From NCBI GenBank assembly GCA_947628545.1, contig CANRAJ010000003.1:1-35073 (forward strand): a stretch of DNA of 35,073 nucleotides, written 5' to 3'. Shown piece after piece: positions 1 to 7,777 of the stretch. Under the pieces are notes generated by a model that was given only the letters and a program-made list of their open reading frames with translations, was not told the origin of the DNA and did no database searches. How positions within the stretch are numbered: the stretch's first letter is position 1; the number at the start of each line of letters is the position of its first letter. The position numbers and the translations under genes were made by a program. The stretch is from an uncultured Bacilli bacterium. GTDB lineage: Bacteria > Bacillota_I > Bacilli_A > RF39 > UBA660.

Positions 1-336
1 AAAACTAAATATGATAGACTTTATAGAAATAGAAATGATAAGTTTATTGAAAAGCCAGAAATATCAGAATATGATTTGTTTAAGGAACAAGAACAAGAAC
101 AACTAAAAGATATAATCTCTTTATTTGAATTTAAAGAAAATAATAATAGAACTTATGCTAGTTTTGAATTGTCTAAACCACTTAATACAAAAGAATTAAT
201 ATTTATTAAGGGTAAAAATAAAGAAGTATATCATGTGGAAATTGATAATGGTAATAATACTAAATCTACTATTGAAATACATTTAAAAAATCCTTTAGAA
301 CAAGATTTAACTTTAGAAAGGGAAAAGAAAGAATAA
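1..336 (+). CDS. Hypothetical protein, 5'-truncated by the window edge
   Basis: Frame open from base 1 to TAA 334-336. The 76 start in the track is internal. Confidence 0.55.
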   Translation, partial: KTKYDRLYRNRNDKFIEKPEISEYDLFKEQEQEQLKDIISLFEFKENNNRTYASFELSKPLNTKELIFIKGKNKEVYHVEIDNGNNTKSTIEIHLKNPLEQDLTLEREKKE

Positions 337-380
337 TGTCTAAATTGATATTATTGTTCATTTCTATTAAATTTATTCAT

Positions 381-409
381 ACACTTCTACTAGTTGGAGG
401 TGTTTTTTT
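381..409 (+). terminator. Intrinsic terminator
   Basis: acacttcta-ctagt-tggaggtgt stem followed by a T run. Confidence 0.65.
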
Positions 410-449
410 GAAAAAAATTGAAAAAGTTTTCAAATATGCCCATAATGAT

Positions 450-478
450 TTGACAATCCTTTTCAAGCGAGGTAACAT
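450..478 (+). promoter_or_regulatory. Putative sigma-A promoter for small ORF + LSR1
   Basis: TTGACA (450-455)-17 bp-TAACAT (473-478). Confidence 0.5.
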
Positions 479-532
479 GCAATCAACTAAAAGATTAAAT
501 GATAATTTTTCTCTTATTTTTGGAGGCTCTTA

Positions 533-691
533 ATGGTGAAAACTCCAAAAATAACTATCCTTGAATATGAATTAATAATAAATAAAAAATTATATGATAA
601 AGGTGTAATTACTGAACAACAGTATAATGAAGTTTGTAAAATTATTTATGAGAAAATTAATCATTGTAGCAAAGAGGTAAAAAGTTGTTAA
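533..691 (+). CDS. 52-aa SHOCT-like small protein preceding the recombinase (candidate directionality factor), absent from the ORF track
   Basis: GGAGG SD, then ATG533: MVKTPKITILEYELIINKKLYDKGVITEQQYNEVCKIIYEKINHCSKEVKSC. Its stop overlaps the AGGAGG SD of LSR1. Resembles 28604-28786. Confidence 0.7.
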   Translation: MVKTPKITILEYELIINKKLYDKGVITEQQYNEVCKIIYEKINHCSKEVKSC

Positions 692-702
692 GGAGGTAGA
701 TT

Positions 703-2433
703 ATGAGATTTTATAAAGTTAGAGAAGAAATCTTAAAAGGTAAAAATATTGCCGATCTACCCTTAAGAGTTACTTTTTATGCTCGCGTTTCTACTGAAAG
801 TGATGAGCAGTTGAACTCTTTAGATAATCAAATATCTTTTTTTGAAAATTTTATAAAGTTAAATAAAAATTGGACTTATGTTAAAGGTTATATAGATGAA
901 GGTATTAGTGGTAGTACTGTCAAAAAAAGAAAAAAGTTTTTACAAATGATTGATGATGCTAAATCTGGTTATTTTGATTTGATAGTTACAAAAGAAGTTT
1001 CCAGATTTTCTAGAAATTTATCAGATAGTATCAAATATACACAGGAATTACTTGCTAATGATGTTGGTGTATATTTCCAATCTAATGGTATAAATACTTA
1101 TGATCCTAACTCTGAATTTATACTTAATATGATGGGAAGTGTGGCTCAAGAAGAGGTTAAAAGACTTTCTTCTCGTGTAAAATGGGGACATAAGGAAGCA
1201 ATAAAAAAAGGTAGAGTTTTAGGATCTAGTACTATTACTGGTTATAAAAAAGATGATGCAAAATTAGTTATTGTTGAAGAAGAAGCAAAGAAAATAAGAA
1301 AAATATTTGAATTATATGCATCTGGTAAATATGGTTTTTATAAATTAGCGATGGAGTTACATAGACAAGGAATAAATAATTATAAGGGAAATATCTATGA
1401 TAAAGATACTTTAAAAAGAATAATACAGAATCCTAAATATAAAGGTTTTTATCGTGGACACATTACTGAAACTATTGATTATAGAACTAAGCAAAGAGTT
1501 TACATTCCTAAAGAAGAACAAATAATATATAAAGATGATAAAGTACCAGCCATAGTTAGTGAAGAATTATGGAATCGTGCAAATGAAGTATTAGATAGTA
1601 GGAGTATTTTAATGAAAGCAAGTAAAGGTAATGCCAAAAGATCTGAAAGGAAGTATTGTTATACTACAAAAATATTTTGTAGTGATCATAATGTTTCTTA
1701 TCAAAGAATGACTAATAAAAGAAAACAAACAAAACCTAGATGGGCTTGTGGCAATTATGTTAAATATAGATTAGATGCTTGTGAAAGCCCTATAATTGCT
1801 GAAATGGACTTAAATAATATTTTCACAATTATAATGGGGCAAGTATTTAATAATAAAAATGAAATAATAAAAGAAATGTTAGATTATTACTCTAATTTGA
1901 GAATAGATAATAATTATCAATATGAAATATCTAACATAAAAAAAGAAATTAAAAACATTGAAGCAAAAAAAGAAAAACTATTAGAGTTAAATATGGATGG
2001 TAGTATCAATAATCTTGAATTTAAAGAAAGAAATGATAAATACAATGAAGAAATATTATCTTTAAATATTAGAATTAGCAAAGTTGAACAAGAAAGAAAA
2101 TTAATGGCAGATAGTTTTGGAAATATCAAAGTTATTGAAGATGCTATAAAGAAACAAGTTGATTATAAAAATAATGTTAGTGAATTCGTAGATAAATTTT
2201 TAGAAGAAATAATTGTGTATAAAGAAGATAATGATAGGCATAAACTATTATTAAAAATATATCTAAATCTACTCAAAAAACCAATTCCAACTGGAACTGG
2301 TGCTAGACATATAAATGATGATACTTCTTTACCAATATTTAGCAAAGAAGTTGAAACTTTAGATTTAGGAAGATCTGACTTTCAAAGAAATAGTTTTAAA
2401 ATAAAAGTATATTTAAGTTATGACATTGACTAG
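703..2433 (+). CDS. Large serine recombinase (resolvase + recombinase + Zn-ribbon + coiled coil)
   Basis: YARVST catalytic Ser, DEGISG, KEVSRFSRN, NPKYKG, PAIVSEELW, CxxH...C...C. Confidence 0.95.
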   Translation: MRFYKVREEILKGKNIADLPLRVTFYARVSTESDEQLNSLDNQISFFENFIKLNKNWTYVKGYIDEGISGSTVKKRKKFLQMIDDAKSGYFDLIVTKEVSRFSRNLSDSIKYTQELLANDVGVYFQSNGINTYDPNSEFILNMMGSVAQEEVKRLSSRVKWGHKEAIKKGRVLGSSTITGYKKDDAKLVIVEEEAKKIRKIFELYASGKYGFYKLAMELHRQGINNYKGNIYDKDTLKRIIQNPKYKGFYRGHITETIDYRTKQRVYIPKEEQIIYKDDKVPAIVSEELWNRANEVLDSRSILMKASKGNAKRSERKYCYTTKIFCSDHNVSYQRMTNKRKQTKPRWACGNYVKYRLDACESPIIAEMDLNNIFTIIMGQVFNNKNEIIKEMLDYYSNLRIDNNYQYEISNIKKEIKNIEAKKEKLLELNMDGSINNLEFKERNDKYNEEILSLNIRISKVEQERKLMADSFGNIKVIEDAIKKQVDYKNNVSEFVDKFLEEIIVYKEDNDRHKLLLKIYLNLLKKPIPTGTGARHINDDTSLPIFSKEVETLDLGRSDFQRNSFKIKVYLSYDID

Positions 2434-2474
2434 GTTATCATATATTATTGTATATGGTAATCTAGTCTTTTTTT
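2428..2474 (+). terminator. Intrinsic terminator after LSR1
   Basis: 17-bp stem gactaggttatcatata / tatatggtaatctagtc followed by T7. Confidence 0.75.
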
Positions 2475-2506
2475 CATTGTTTTTTTAGGTATCGTTTTCG
2501 GTGGTT

Positions 2507-2680
2507 ACTTTCAAAATAATAACGCTTGCTGCGGCGTTAAACGAAGGTTTAGTTAATTTAGATAAAGATACTTTTTATGATGCTGGTAGTGTAAAAGTTG
2601 CAAATGCTAAAATAAAGTGCTGGAAAGCAGGCGGTCATGGTTATCAAACGTTTTTACAAGTGGTAGAAAATTCTTGTAAC
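2507..2680 (+). CDS. spoVD: Internal fragment (~58 codons) of stage V sporulation protein D (class B PBP), between two inserted elements
   Basis: TFKIITLAAALNEGLVNLDKDTFYDAGSVKVANAKIKCWKAGGHGYQTFLQVVENSCN closely matches the SpoVD transpeptidase segment (STFKIITLAAAL...CWKxGGHG.QT.LEVV.NSCN). Confidence 0.92.
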
Positions 2681-2702
2681 CTTGGTTGTTTACGTGGGAC
2701 AA
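2678..2702 (+). other. attL of element 2 (core AACC; predicted crossover AA 2678-2679)
   Basis: gtAACCttgg here vs gcAACCctgg at 30552-30561. Arm 2682-2702 is a 15/21 inverted repeat of 30531-30551, symmetric about the AA. Confidence 0.85.
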
Positions 2703-3225
2703 AAATAAACAACACGTCTATAAACTTAACGGGAAACATTTAACAACAATGGTGGAAGCCGAATGTTTAATGTTTCCTATTTTAAAATCAGATTTAGAAA
2801 ATAAACAAAAACGTAAAGATAATATTTATCAAAATATTAAAACATCAAGTTTAATCGCAAGTATTGATAGACAATTAGAATATGTTTCAAAAGAAAAATT
2901 TTTTCATAAATATCCACATAGTATGGAATTAGTCGAATATATAAACAAAAAAATAAATAGCCTCTTTGATAATGTTAAAACGCATTATTGTTCAAGAAGT
3001 ATTTCTTATTCGTCAAACAGAGTTTTTATGAATGTAAATATTAATAAAACATTTTTAAGAGTTACATTTTTAGGTATAAATGATACAATAAAAAATAAAG
3101 TTATTGATATTTCATCTAATGCTACACCTATGAATGGACAACTAAATGTATATTGTAAAAAAGATTTTGATTATTTATATGAAACTATAAAATATAGTTA
3201 TGAATTGAGTTTATCCAAAATATGA
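2686..3225 (+). CDS. Start-less ORF; predicted 3' extension of LSR2 in the excised circle; C-terminal part resembles DUF5655-type domains
   Basis: Open from the att site with no good SD, in frame with LSR2 across attP. Ends ...QLNVYCKKDFDYLYETIKYSYE. The domain guess is by eye. Confidence 0.65.
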   Translation: MFTWDKNKQHVYKLNGKHLTTMVEAECLMFPILKSDLENKQKRKDNIYQNIKTSSLIASIDRQLEYVSKEKFFHKYPHSMELVEYINKKINSLFDNVKTHYCSRSISYSSNRVFMNVNINKTFLRVTFLGINDTIKNKVIDISSNATPMNGQLNVYCKKDFDYLYETIKYSYELSLSKI

Positions 3226-3647
3226 AATACGAAAGGTTAGTAAATATAATGAAAAAATTAAAAAAATTAGACAGTGAATGGTTAATAAGAAAAGAATTAT
3301 TTAAAAAGTATTGTAATATATTCAAAGAAATCAAACTAAAAATATATAATGAGGATTCGTTTACAAATGATAATTATAAAATGAATATAGATTATTCTAG
3401 TTTTATTGAAGAAAACATATATAAAAATGAAAAAGATTATTTTATTAGATTTATTGATTCGTTTAATAGATTATCATTAAAACAAAGATTAATAATATAT
3501 TTATGTTATATCGAAAATGAAAATGAATATTTAGATTTATTTATTGCTCATAATATGGGGTACTCTTTAGGTTATTTTTATAATTTAAAGAAAAAGGCTA
3601 TATTAGATTTTACAACATCTTTTGGGGTGATTACATTTGGACAATAA
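3222..3647 (+). CDS. ArpU/sigma70-region-4-like transcriptional regulator
   Basis: C-terminal LSLKQRLIIYLCY...IAHNMGYSLGYFYNLKKKAILDF pattern. ATGA-coupled to the upstream ORF. Confidence 0.65.
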   Translation: MKYERLVNIMKKLKKLDSEWLIRKELFKKYCNIFKEIKLKIYNEDSFTNDNYKMNIDYSSFIEENIYKNEKDYFIRFIDSFNRLSLKQRLIIYLCYIENENEYLDLFIAHNMGYSLGYFYNLKKKAILDFTTSFGVITFGQ

Positions 3648-3819
3648 TACAAAGTTTAAACCCAAACCCACAAAAAATAAGGAACAATCAGATTATAAGT
3701 CATTATATATAAAAGAAAATCTGATAAAAGAAATTGAGAAGATAGCTATAGAATATAATACATCCTTTAACAATGTAGTTATTTCCATGATAGAAGAATG
3801 TTTAAAGAAGACTGAATAG
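3637..3819 (+). CDS. Small ribbon-helix-helix DNA-binding protein
   Basis: KSLYIKENLIKEIEKIA...TSFNNVVISMIE; GGGGTGA SD. Confidence 0.65.
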   Translation: MDNNTKFKPKPTKNKEQSDYKSLYIKENLIKEIEKIAIEYNTSFNNVVISMIEECLKKTE

Positions 3820-3830
3820 AGTCTTCTTTA
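3803..3830 (+). terminator. Probable terminator hairpin
   Basis: taaagaagact / agtcttcttta inverted repeat. Confidence 0.55.
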
Positions 3831-3840
3831 TATATTTTTA

Positions 3841-3869
3841 TTGAAACAAAACAAATGTTTGTGTATAAT
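3841..3869 (+). promoter_or_regulatory. Sigma-A promoter with LexA (SOS)-box-like operator in the spacer
   Basis: TTGAAA-17-TATAAT. AAAC-AAAT-GTTT at 3849-3860 resembles the Firmicutes GAAC-N4-GTTC box and precedes a Y-family polymerase. Confidence 0.65.
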
Positions 3870-3885
3870 TATATTGGTGATGAAG

Positions 3886-5376
3886 ATGGATAGAACATAT
3901 GCTTGTATAGATCTTAAAAGTTTTTATGCATCAGTTGAATGTAAAGAGCGAGGTTTAGATCCGATAACTACTAATCTTGTTGTCGCTGATAATTCTCGTA
4001 CTGATAAAACCATATGTTTAGCAGTTAGTCCATCTTTAAAAAGTTATGGCTTATCAGGTAGATCCAGATTATATGAAGTTGTACAAAAAGTTAGAAAAGT
4101 AAATAATGATAGAAAAAGAAATATTAATAATGCTAGATTTAAAGGTAAATCTTATAATGATATCGAATTAAAGAATAATAAGTATTTAGAATTAGATTAT
4201 ATTGTGGCAACACCACGCATGGCACTTTACATAAAATATAGCACTCAAATATATAATGTATATTTAAAATACTTATCACCTGATGATATATTTGTATATT
4301 CAATAGACGAAGTATTTTGTGATTTAACCAATTACTTAAAACTCTATAAGATGGAAGCTAAAGAGTTAATAACTAAAATGATACAAGATGTTTATAAAAT
4401 TACAGGTATAACTGCAACATCAGGGATAGGTACTAACATGTATTTAGCAAAAGTTGCTATGGACATTGTTGCAAAACATTCTAAACCTGATGAGTGTGGT
4501 GTTAGATTAGCCGAGTTAGACGAAATGTCTTATAGAAAGTTATTGTGGAATCATAAACCTATTACTGATTTTTGGAGAGTCGGCAGAGGTTATTCCAAAA
4601 AATTAGAAAAGCATAATATTTATACTATGGGTGATATTGCAAGGTGTTCTATTGATAATGAAGAATTATTATATAAATTATTTGGTATTAATGCAGAGTT
4701 GTTAATAGATCATGCTTGGGGTTATGAACCATGTACTATGAAGAGTATAAAATCATATAAACCCACTGTAAATTGTTTATCATCTGGACAAGTTCTTCAT
4801 TCTCCATATAATTTTGAAAAGGCTAAAATAATCGTAAGAGAAATGATAGATGTTCTATCTCTTGATTTAGTAGATAAACACTATGTTACGAATATTCTTA
4901 CATTAACTATCGGTTATGATATAGAAAATGTAAACAAAAGTGATTATAGTGGCGAGATTGTAAAAGATTTCTATGGAAGATTAATTCCTAAACCTGCTCA
5001 CGGAACAGCTAGATTAAATCATAAAACTTCATCTTCTAAAATACTTACTGATGCCTTTATGAAACTATATAGCAAAATAGTTAATCCTGAACTTACAATA
5101 AGAAGAATTAATATATCAGCTAATAATCTTATTAAAGAAGAAAATGTAAAAGAAAATGTTATATATGAGCAATTTGATATTTTTTCGGATTCTGTTCAAG
5201 TAGATAGTAAAAATAAAAAGGAAAAAATTGATGAGGCTAATGAAAAGAAAATTCAAAAAGCAATGATTAGTATAAAAAATAAATATGGTAAAAATGCAAT
5301 AGTAAAAGCGATGGATTTAGAAGAAGGAGCAACTATGATAGATAGAAATAATCAGATTGGAGGGCATAAAGCATGA
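3886..5376 (+). CDS. Y-family DNA polymerase (UmuC/ImpB/YqjW-like)
   Basis: CIDLKSFYASVEC, YSIDEVF, YLAKVAMD, C-terminal RNNQIGGH. True start probably ATG 3880 or 3886, since the track's TTG 3841 is the -35 box. Confidence 0.92.
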   Translation: MDRTYACIDLKSFYASVECKERGLDPITTNLVVADNSRTDKTICLAVSPSLKSYGLSGRSRLYEVVQKVRKVNNDRKRNINNARFKGKSYNDIELKNNKYLELDYIVATPRMALYIKYSTQIYNVYLKYLSPDDIFVYSIDEVFCDLTNYLKLYKMEAKELITKMIQDVYKITGITATSGIGTNMYLAKVAMDIVAKHSKPDECGVRLAELDEMSYRKLLWNHKPITDFWRVGRGYSKKLEKHNIYTMGDIARCSIDNEELLYKLFGINAELLIDHAWGYEPCTMKSIKSYKPTVNCLSSGQVLHSPYNFEKAKIIVREMIDVLSLDLVDKHYVTNILTLTIGYDIENVNKSDYSGEIVKDFYGRLIPKPAHGTARLNHKTSSSKILTDAFMKLYSKIVNPELTIRRINISANNLIKEENVKENVIYEQFDIFSDSVQVDSKNKKEKIDEANEKKIQKAMISIKNKYGKNAIVKAMDLEEGATMIDRNNQIGGHKA

Positions 5377-5789
5377 GTAATTATGATGATATTATTAATC
5401 TTCCACATCATGTATCAAATGTACACCCTAGAATGTCATTGTATAATAGGTCAGCGCAATTTGCTCCATTCGCTGCATTAACTGGTTATGATGATGCAAT
5501 AGTAGAAACTGCAAGACTGACTGATAAAAGAATTAATTTAGATGAAAGTTTAATTGAAATAATTAATAATAAACTGATAAATATAGAAAGTATTATTAAT
5601 GAACACCCATTAATATCAGTAACATATTTTGTAAAAGATAAGAAAAAAGATGGAGGGTCTTATATCACCATTAATGGTAATGTTAAAAGAATTGATAAAG
5701 ATAATAATTGTATAATATTAAATAACAAATCAAAAATCTCAATAGATGAAATTATCGATGTAAAATTATGTAACAATGATAGAAATTAA
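5373..5789 (+). CDS. YolD-like protein (UmuD-equivalent partner)
   Basis: YDDIINLPHHVS..HPRMS...RSAQFAPFAALTGY; coupled to the Y-family polymerase. Confidence 0.85.
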   Translation: MSNYDDIINLPHHVSNVHPRMSLYNRSAQFAPFAALTGYDDAIVETARLTDKRINLDESLIEIINNKLINIESIINEHPLISVTYFVKDKKKDGGSYITINGNVKRIDKDNNCIILNNKSKISIDEIIDVKLCNNDRN

Positions 5790-5835
5790 AAAATATTCAT
5801 AGTATAATTTTAATAGAAAGATAGAGGTAATAATT

Positions 5836-6033
5836 GTGAAATCAATATTGGACGAATCGATTTTAAAAGAGCTAGATCATTTTAATTTTAGAGGTAACGA
5901 AATTTCTATGATTATGAATAAACTATATAATAATAAGCTTAAAAATTCATTTTTATCTTTTTTGATAGAAAATCGAGGAAAAGTGATAACCATCCCAATA
6001 ATATTTAAAAAACTTAAAAATTTGGATGCATAA
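5836..6033 (+). CDS. Hypothetical protein
   Basis: GAGGT SD, GTG start, followed by a hairpin. Confidence 0.5.
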   Translation: MKSILDESILKELDHFNFRGNEISMIMNKLYNNKLKNSFLSFLIENRGKVITIPIIFKKLKNLDA

Positions 6034-6119
6034 AACATGCATTTTTTTTATACAAATTTTTTTAAATTGTTTTTCGTAAAGTGTACTTTGTTATTTTATA
6101 ATGGTTTCCGGATGAATTT

Positions 6120-6163
6120 TGCACTTTTCGTGCATTTTTCATGCACTTTTTGTGCACTTTTTA
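6120..6163 (+). repeat. 4 x 11-bp tandem direct repeat TGCA(C/T)TTTT(C/T)N
   Basis: tgcacttttcg / tgcatttttca / tgcactttttg / tgcacttttta. Confidence 0.85.
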
Positions 6164-6167
6164 TGTC

Positions 6168-6196
6168 TTGGTAAATAGAAAATGCCATGTTATAAT
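6168..6196 (+). promoter_or_regulatory. Putative sigma-A promoter heading the transfer region
   Basis: TTGGTA-17-TATAAT with extended -10 TG. Confidence 0.55.
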
Positions 6197-6396
6197 GAAG
6201 TAAAGTAGCAATAGTACGCTGAAAGAAAGGTACTAATGCTATTTTATATATTAGAAATTTCTAGAAAAACGCTTGATTTTTATTTTTTTTGTGATATTAT
6301 AAAAAACAATTAAAAATTTTAGAAACCAAGTGGAAGTAGTACATATCCATAAAGCTACTTCCATTTTTCCATCATAAGTGGGTGGGAGGATGAAAT

Positions 6397-6510
6397 ATGG
6401 TTATATATAAAGATGATTTGTTGTTTATTATAATGAAAAAGACGAATAGTAAATCAAAATTGATTGATTGGTATTATAATCTTAAAAAAACAATGGGTGT
6501 TTATCTCTAA
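6397..6510 (+). CDS. 37-aa leader/small ORF
   Basis: GGGAGGA SD; MVIYKDDLLFIIMKKTNSKSKLIDWYYNLKKTMGVYL; ends within a terminator hairpin. Confidence 0.4.
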   Translation: MVIYKDDLLFIIMKKTNSKSKLIDWYYNLKKTMGVYL

Positions 6511-6530
6511 ATAGGGATGAACACCCTTTT
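6495..6530 (+). terminator. Terminator-like hairpin in front of the transfer operon
   Basis: gggtgtttatctct / agggatgaacaccc followed by TTTT. Confidence 0.6.
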
Positions 6531-6555
6531 ATAATGCAAGAAAGGAGAGAAAGCT

Positions 6556-7077
6556 ATGAGTAAAAGATTTTTGTCTAATAATATATTAAAAATATATGAT
6601 TCTAATCTAATAAGAAGAAAAGTAGAAGAAGTATTTGATCTATTTGATTATCTGGATAGCGTTTTATATGATTTTGAATATCCAATAATTACAAGTACGG
6701 GTACCATTAGATATGAACAATTTTTGCCTGGGATTACCAGCTCTAAAGTTGAAAATTTTGTATTAGATAAAATTTTTAATGAGTTACGTGGTAATGACTA
6801 TAAAAGAAGGTTATTAATGACAAAAATTACTATGGCTTTGAAAAAACTTAATTCTACAGAATTACTTGTATTTAAGTATTCATATTATGAACAACTTGAA
6901 ATATATGATATATGTGAAAAAGTAAACTATTCAGAAAGAAAAGTTAAAGATATTAAAAAGAGTGCTAGTGTTAAGTTTTTATTGGCACTTAACTTAGATT
7001 TAGAATGTATTAAAGGAGGTGATGCTAGATTAGTAAACAATTATTTTAAAGAAAAAGTTATTAGCGCACAGGTGTAA
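6556..7077 (+). CDS. ArpU-family-like transcriptional regulator
   Basis: SSKVENFV, ALKKLNSTELLVFKYSY...ICEKVNYSERKVKDIKKSASVKFLLAL. Confidence 0.7.
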   Translation: MSKRFLSNNILKIYDSNLIRRKVEEVFDLFDYLDSVLYDFEYPIITSTGTIRYEQFLPGITSSKVENFVLDKIFNELRGNDYKRRLLMTKITMALKKLNSTELLVFKYSYYEQLEIYDICEKVNYSERKVKDIKKSASVKFLLALNLDLECIKGGDARLVNNYFKEKVISAQV

Positions 7078-7184
7078 AACAAATGTAATAATACACAAAA
7101 ATTCAAAATAAACTTTTTTTTAAAGTAAATGATTTGCAATAATTAGAAAAACGAGTTATTATGCAGGTAGTTGAGGTGAATAGT

Positions 7185-7766
7185 ATGAAAAATAAAAAAT
7201 TGTTAGCAGTAATAATATTTATAGTTTTAGCTCTTATAATTACTATAACTTTGGTTTTTATAAGTAGTAAAGATACCAATTCTAAAACTAAAAAATCTAC
7301 TGATAAAAAAAGTACTACTACAACTAAACTTGAAAAAGTAAACAAAGTTAAAGATAGTGCAGAAGAAATAAAGGAGGGAGAAAGCACTACTACAACAAGT
7401 AGTGAAACTACAAATAACGACTCTAATAATCAAATAGTAACAACCAGGGTAGTGGTTACTACAAATGTGAAAAATAATACCACCACGCAAAAAAAGTCTA
7501 CTACAACTAAAGTTAATACAACAACAAGACAAACAACTACAACAAAGAAAACAACTACAAGGAGTTGTACACCCAAAAAATTTTCTGTTTCTTGGTTTAG
7601 GGCGGATTTCAAAACTGAAAAGGAGTGTACTAACAAAGGTGATGATTATTTGGGTAGATATGGTTACCATTGCTATGATATGGTTGATGATTGTGGTGAT
7701 ACTTATTATATGTTGGATTTAAAGGATGAAAACGGGACTAGTTATGATTGGCACAATATTCAATAA
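7185..7766 (+). CDS. Membrane-anchored Thr/Lys-rich protein with small Cys-containing C-terminal domain
   Basis: N-terminal TM, poly-Thr stalk. Likely start MKNKK after GAGGTGA. Confidence 0.75.
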   Translation: MKNKKLLAVIIFIVLALIITITLVFISSKDTNSKTKKSTDKKSTTTTKLEKVNKVKDSAEEIKEGESTTTTSSETTNNDSNNQIVTTRVVVTTNVKNNTTTQKKSTTTKVNTTTRQTTTTKKTTTRSCTPKKFSVSWFRADFKTEKECTNKGDDYLGRYGYHCYDMVDDCGDTYYMLDLKDENGTSYDWHNIQ

Positions 7767-7777
7767 AAGGAGGATAA

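Larger units (their letters stand above)
1..2506. mobile_element. Right end of LSR-encoding element 1, inserted in spoVD at the SxxK motif (left end outside window)
   Basis: LSR gene 703-2433 and its terminator are followed directly by spoVD-like codons starting at TFK, where the conserved EPGS upstream is replaced by unrelated sequence. Junction approx. 2504-2509. Confidence 0.8.

Noticed and set aside
336-533. 65-aa ORF in the track
   Set aside because: Spans a terminator and a promoter and has no recognisable motifs; the real small gene is 533-691
2501-2743. 80-aa ORF as a stand-alone gene
   Set aside because: Chimaera of the spoVD internal piece plus element sequence on both sides
6120-6163. 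CRISPR or mini-array
   Set aside because: 11-bp units with no spacers
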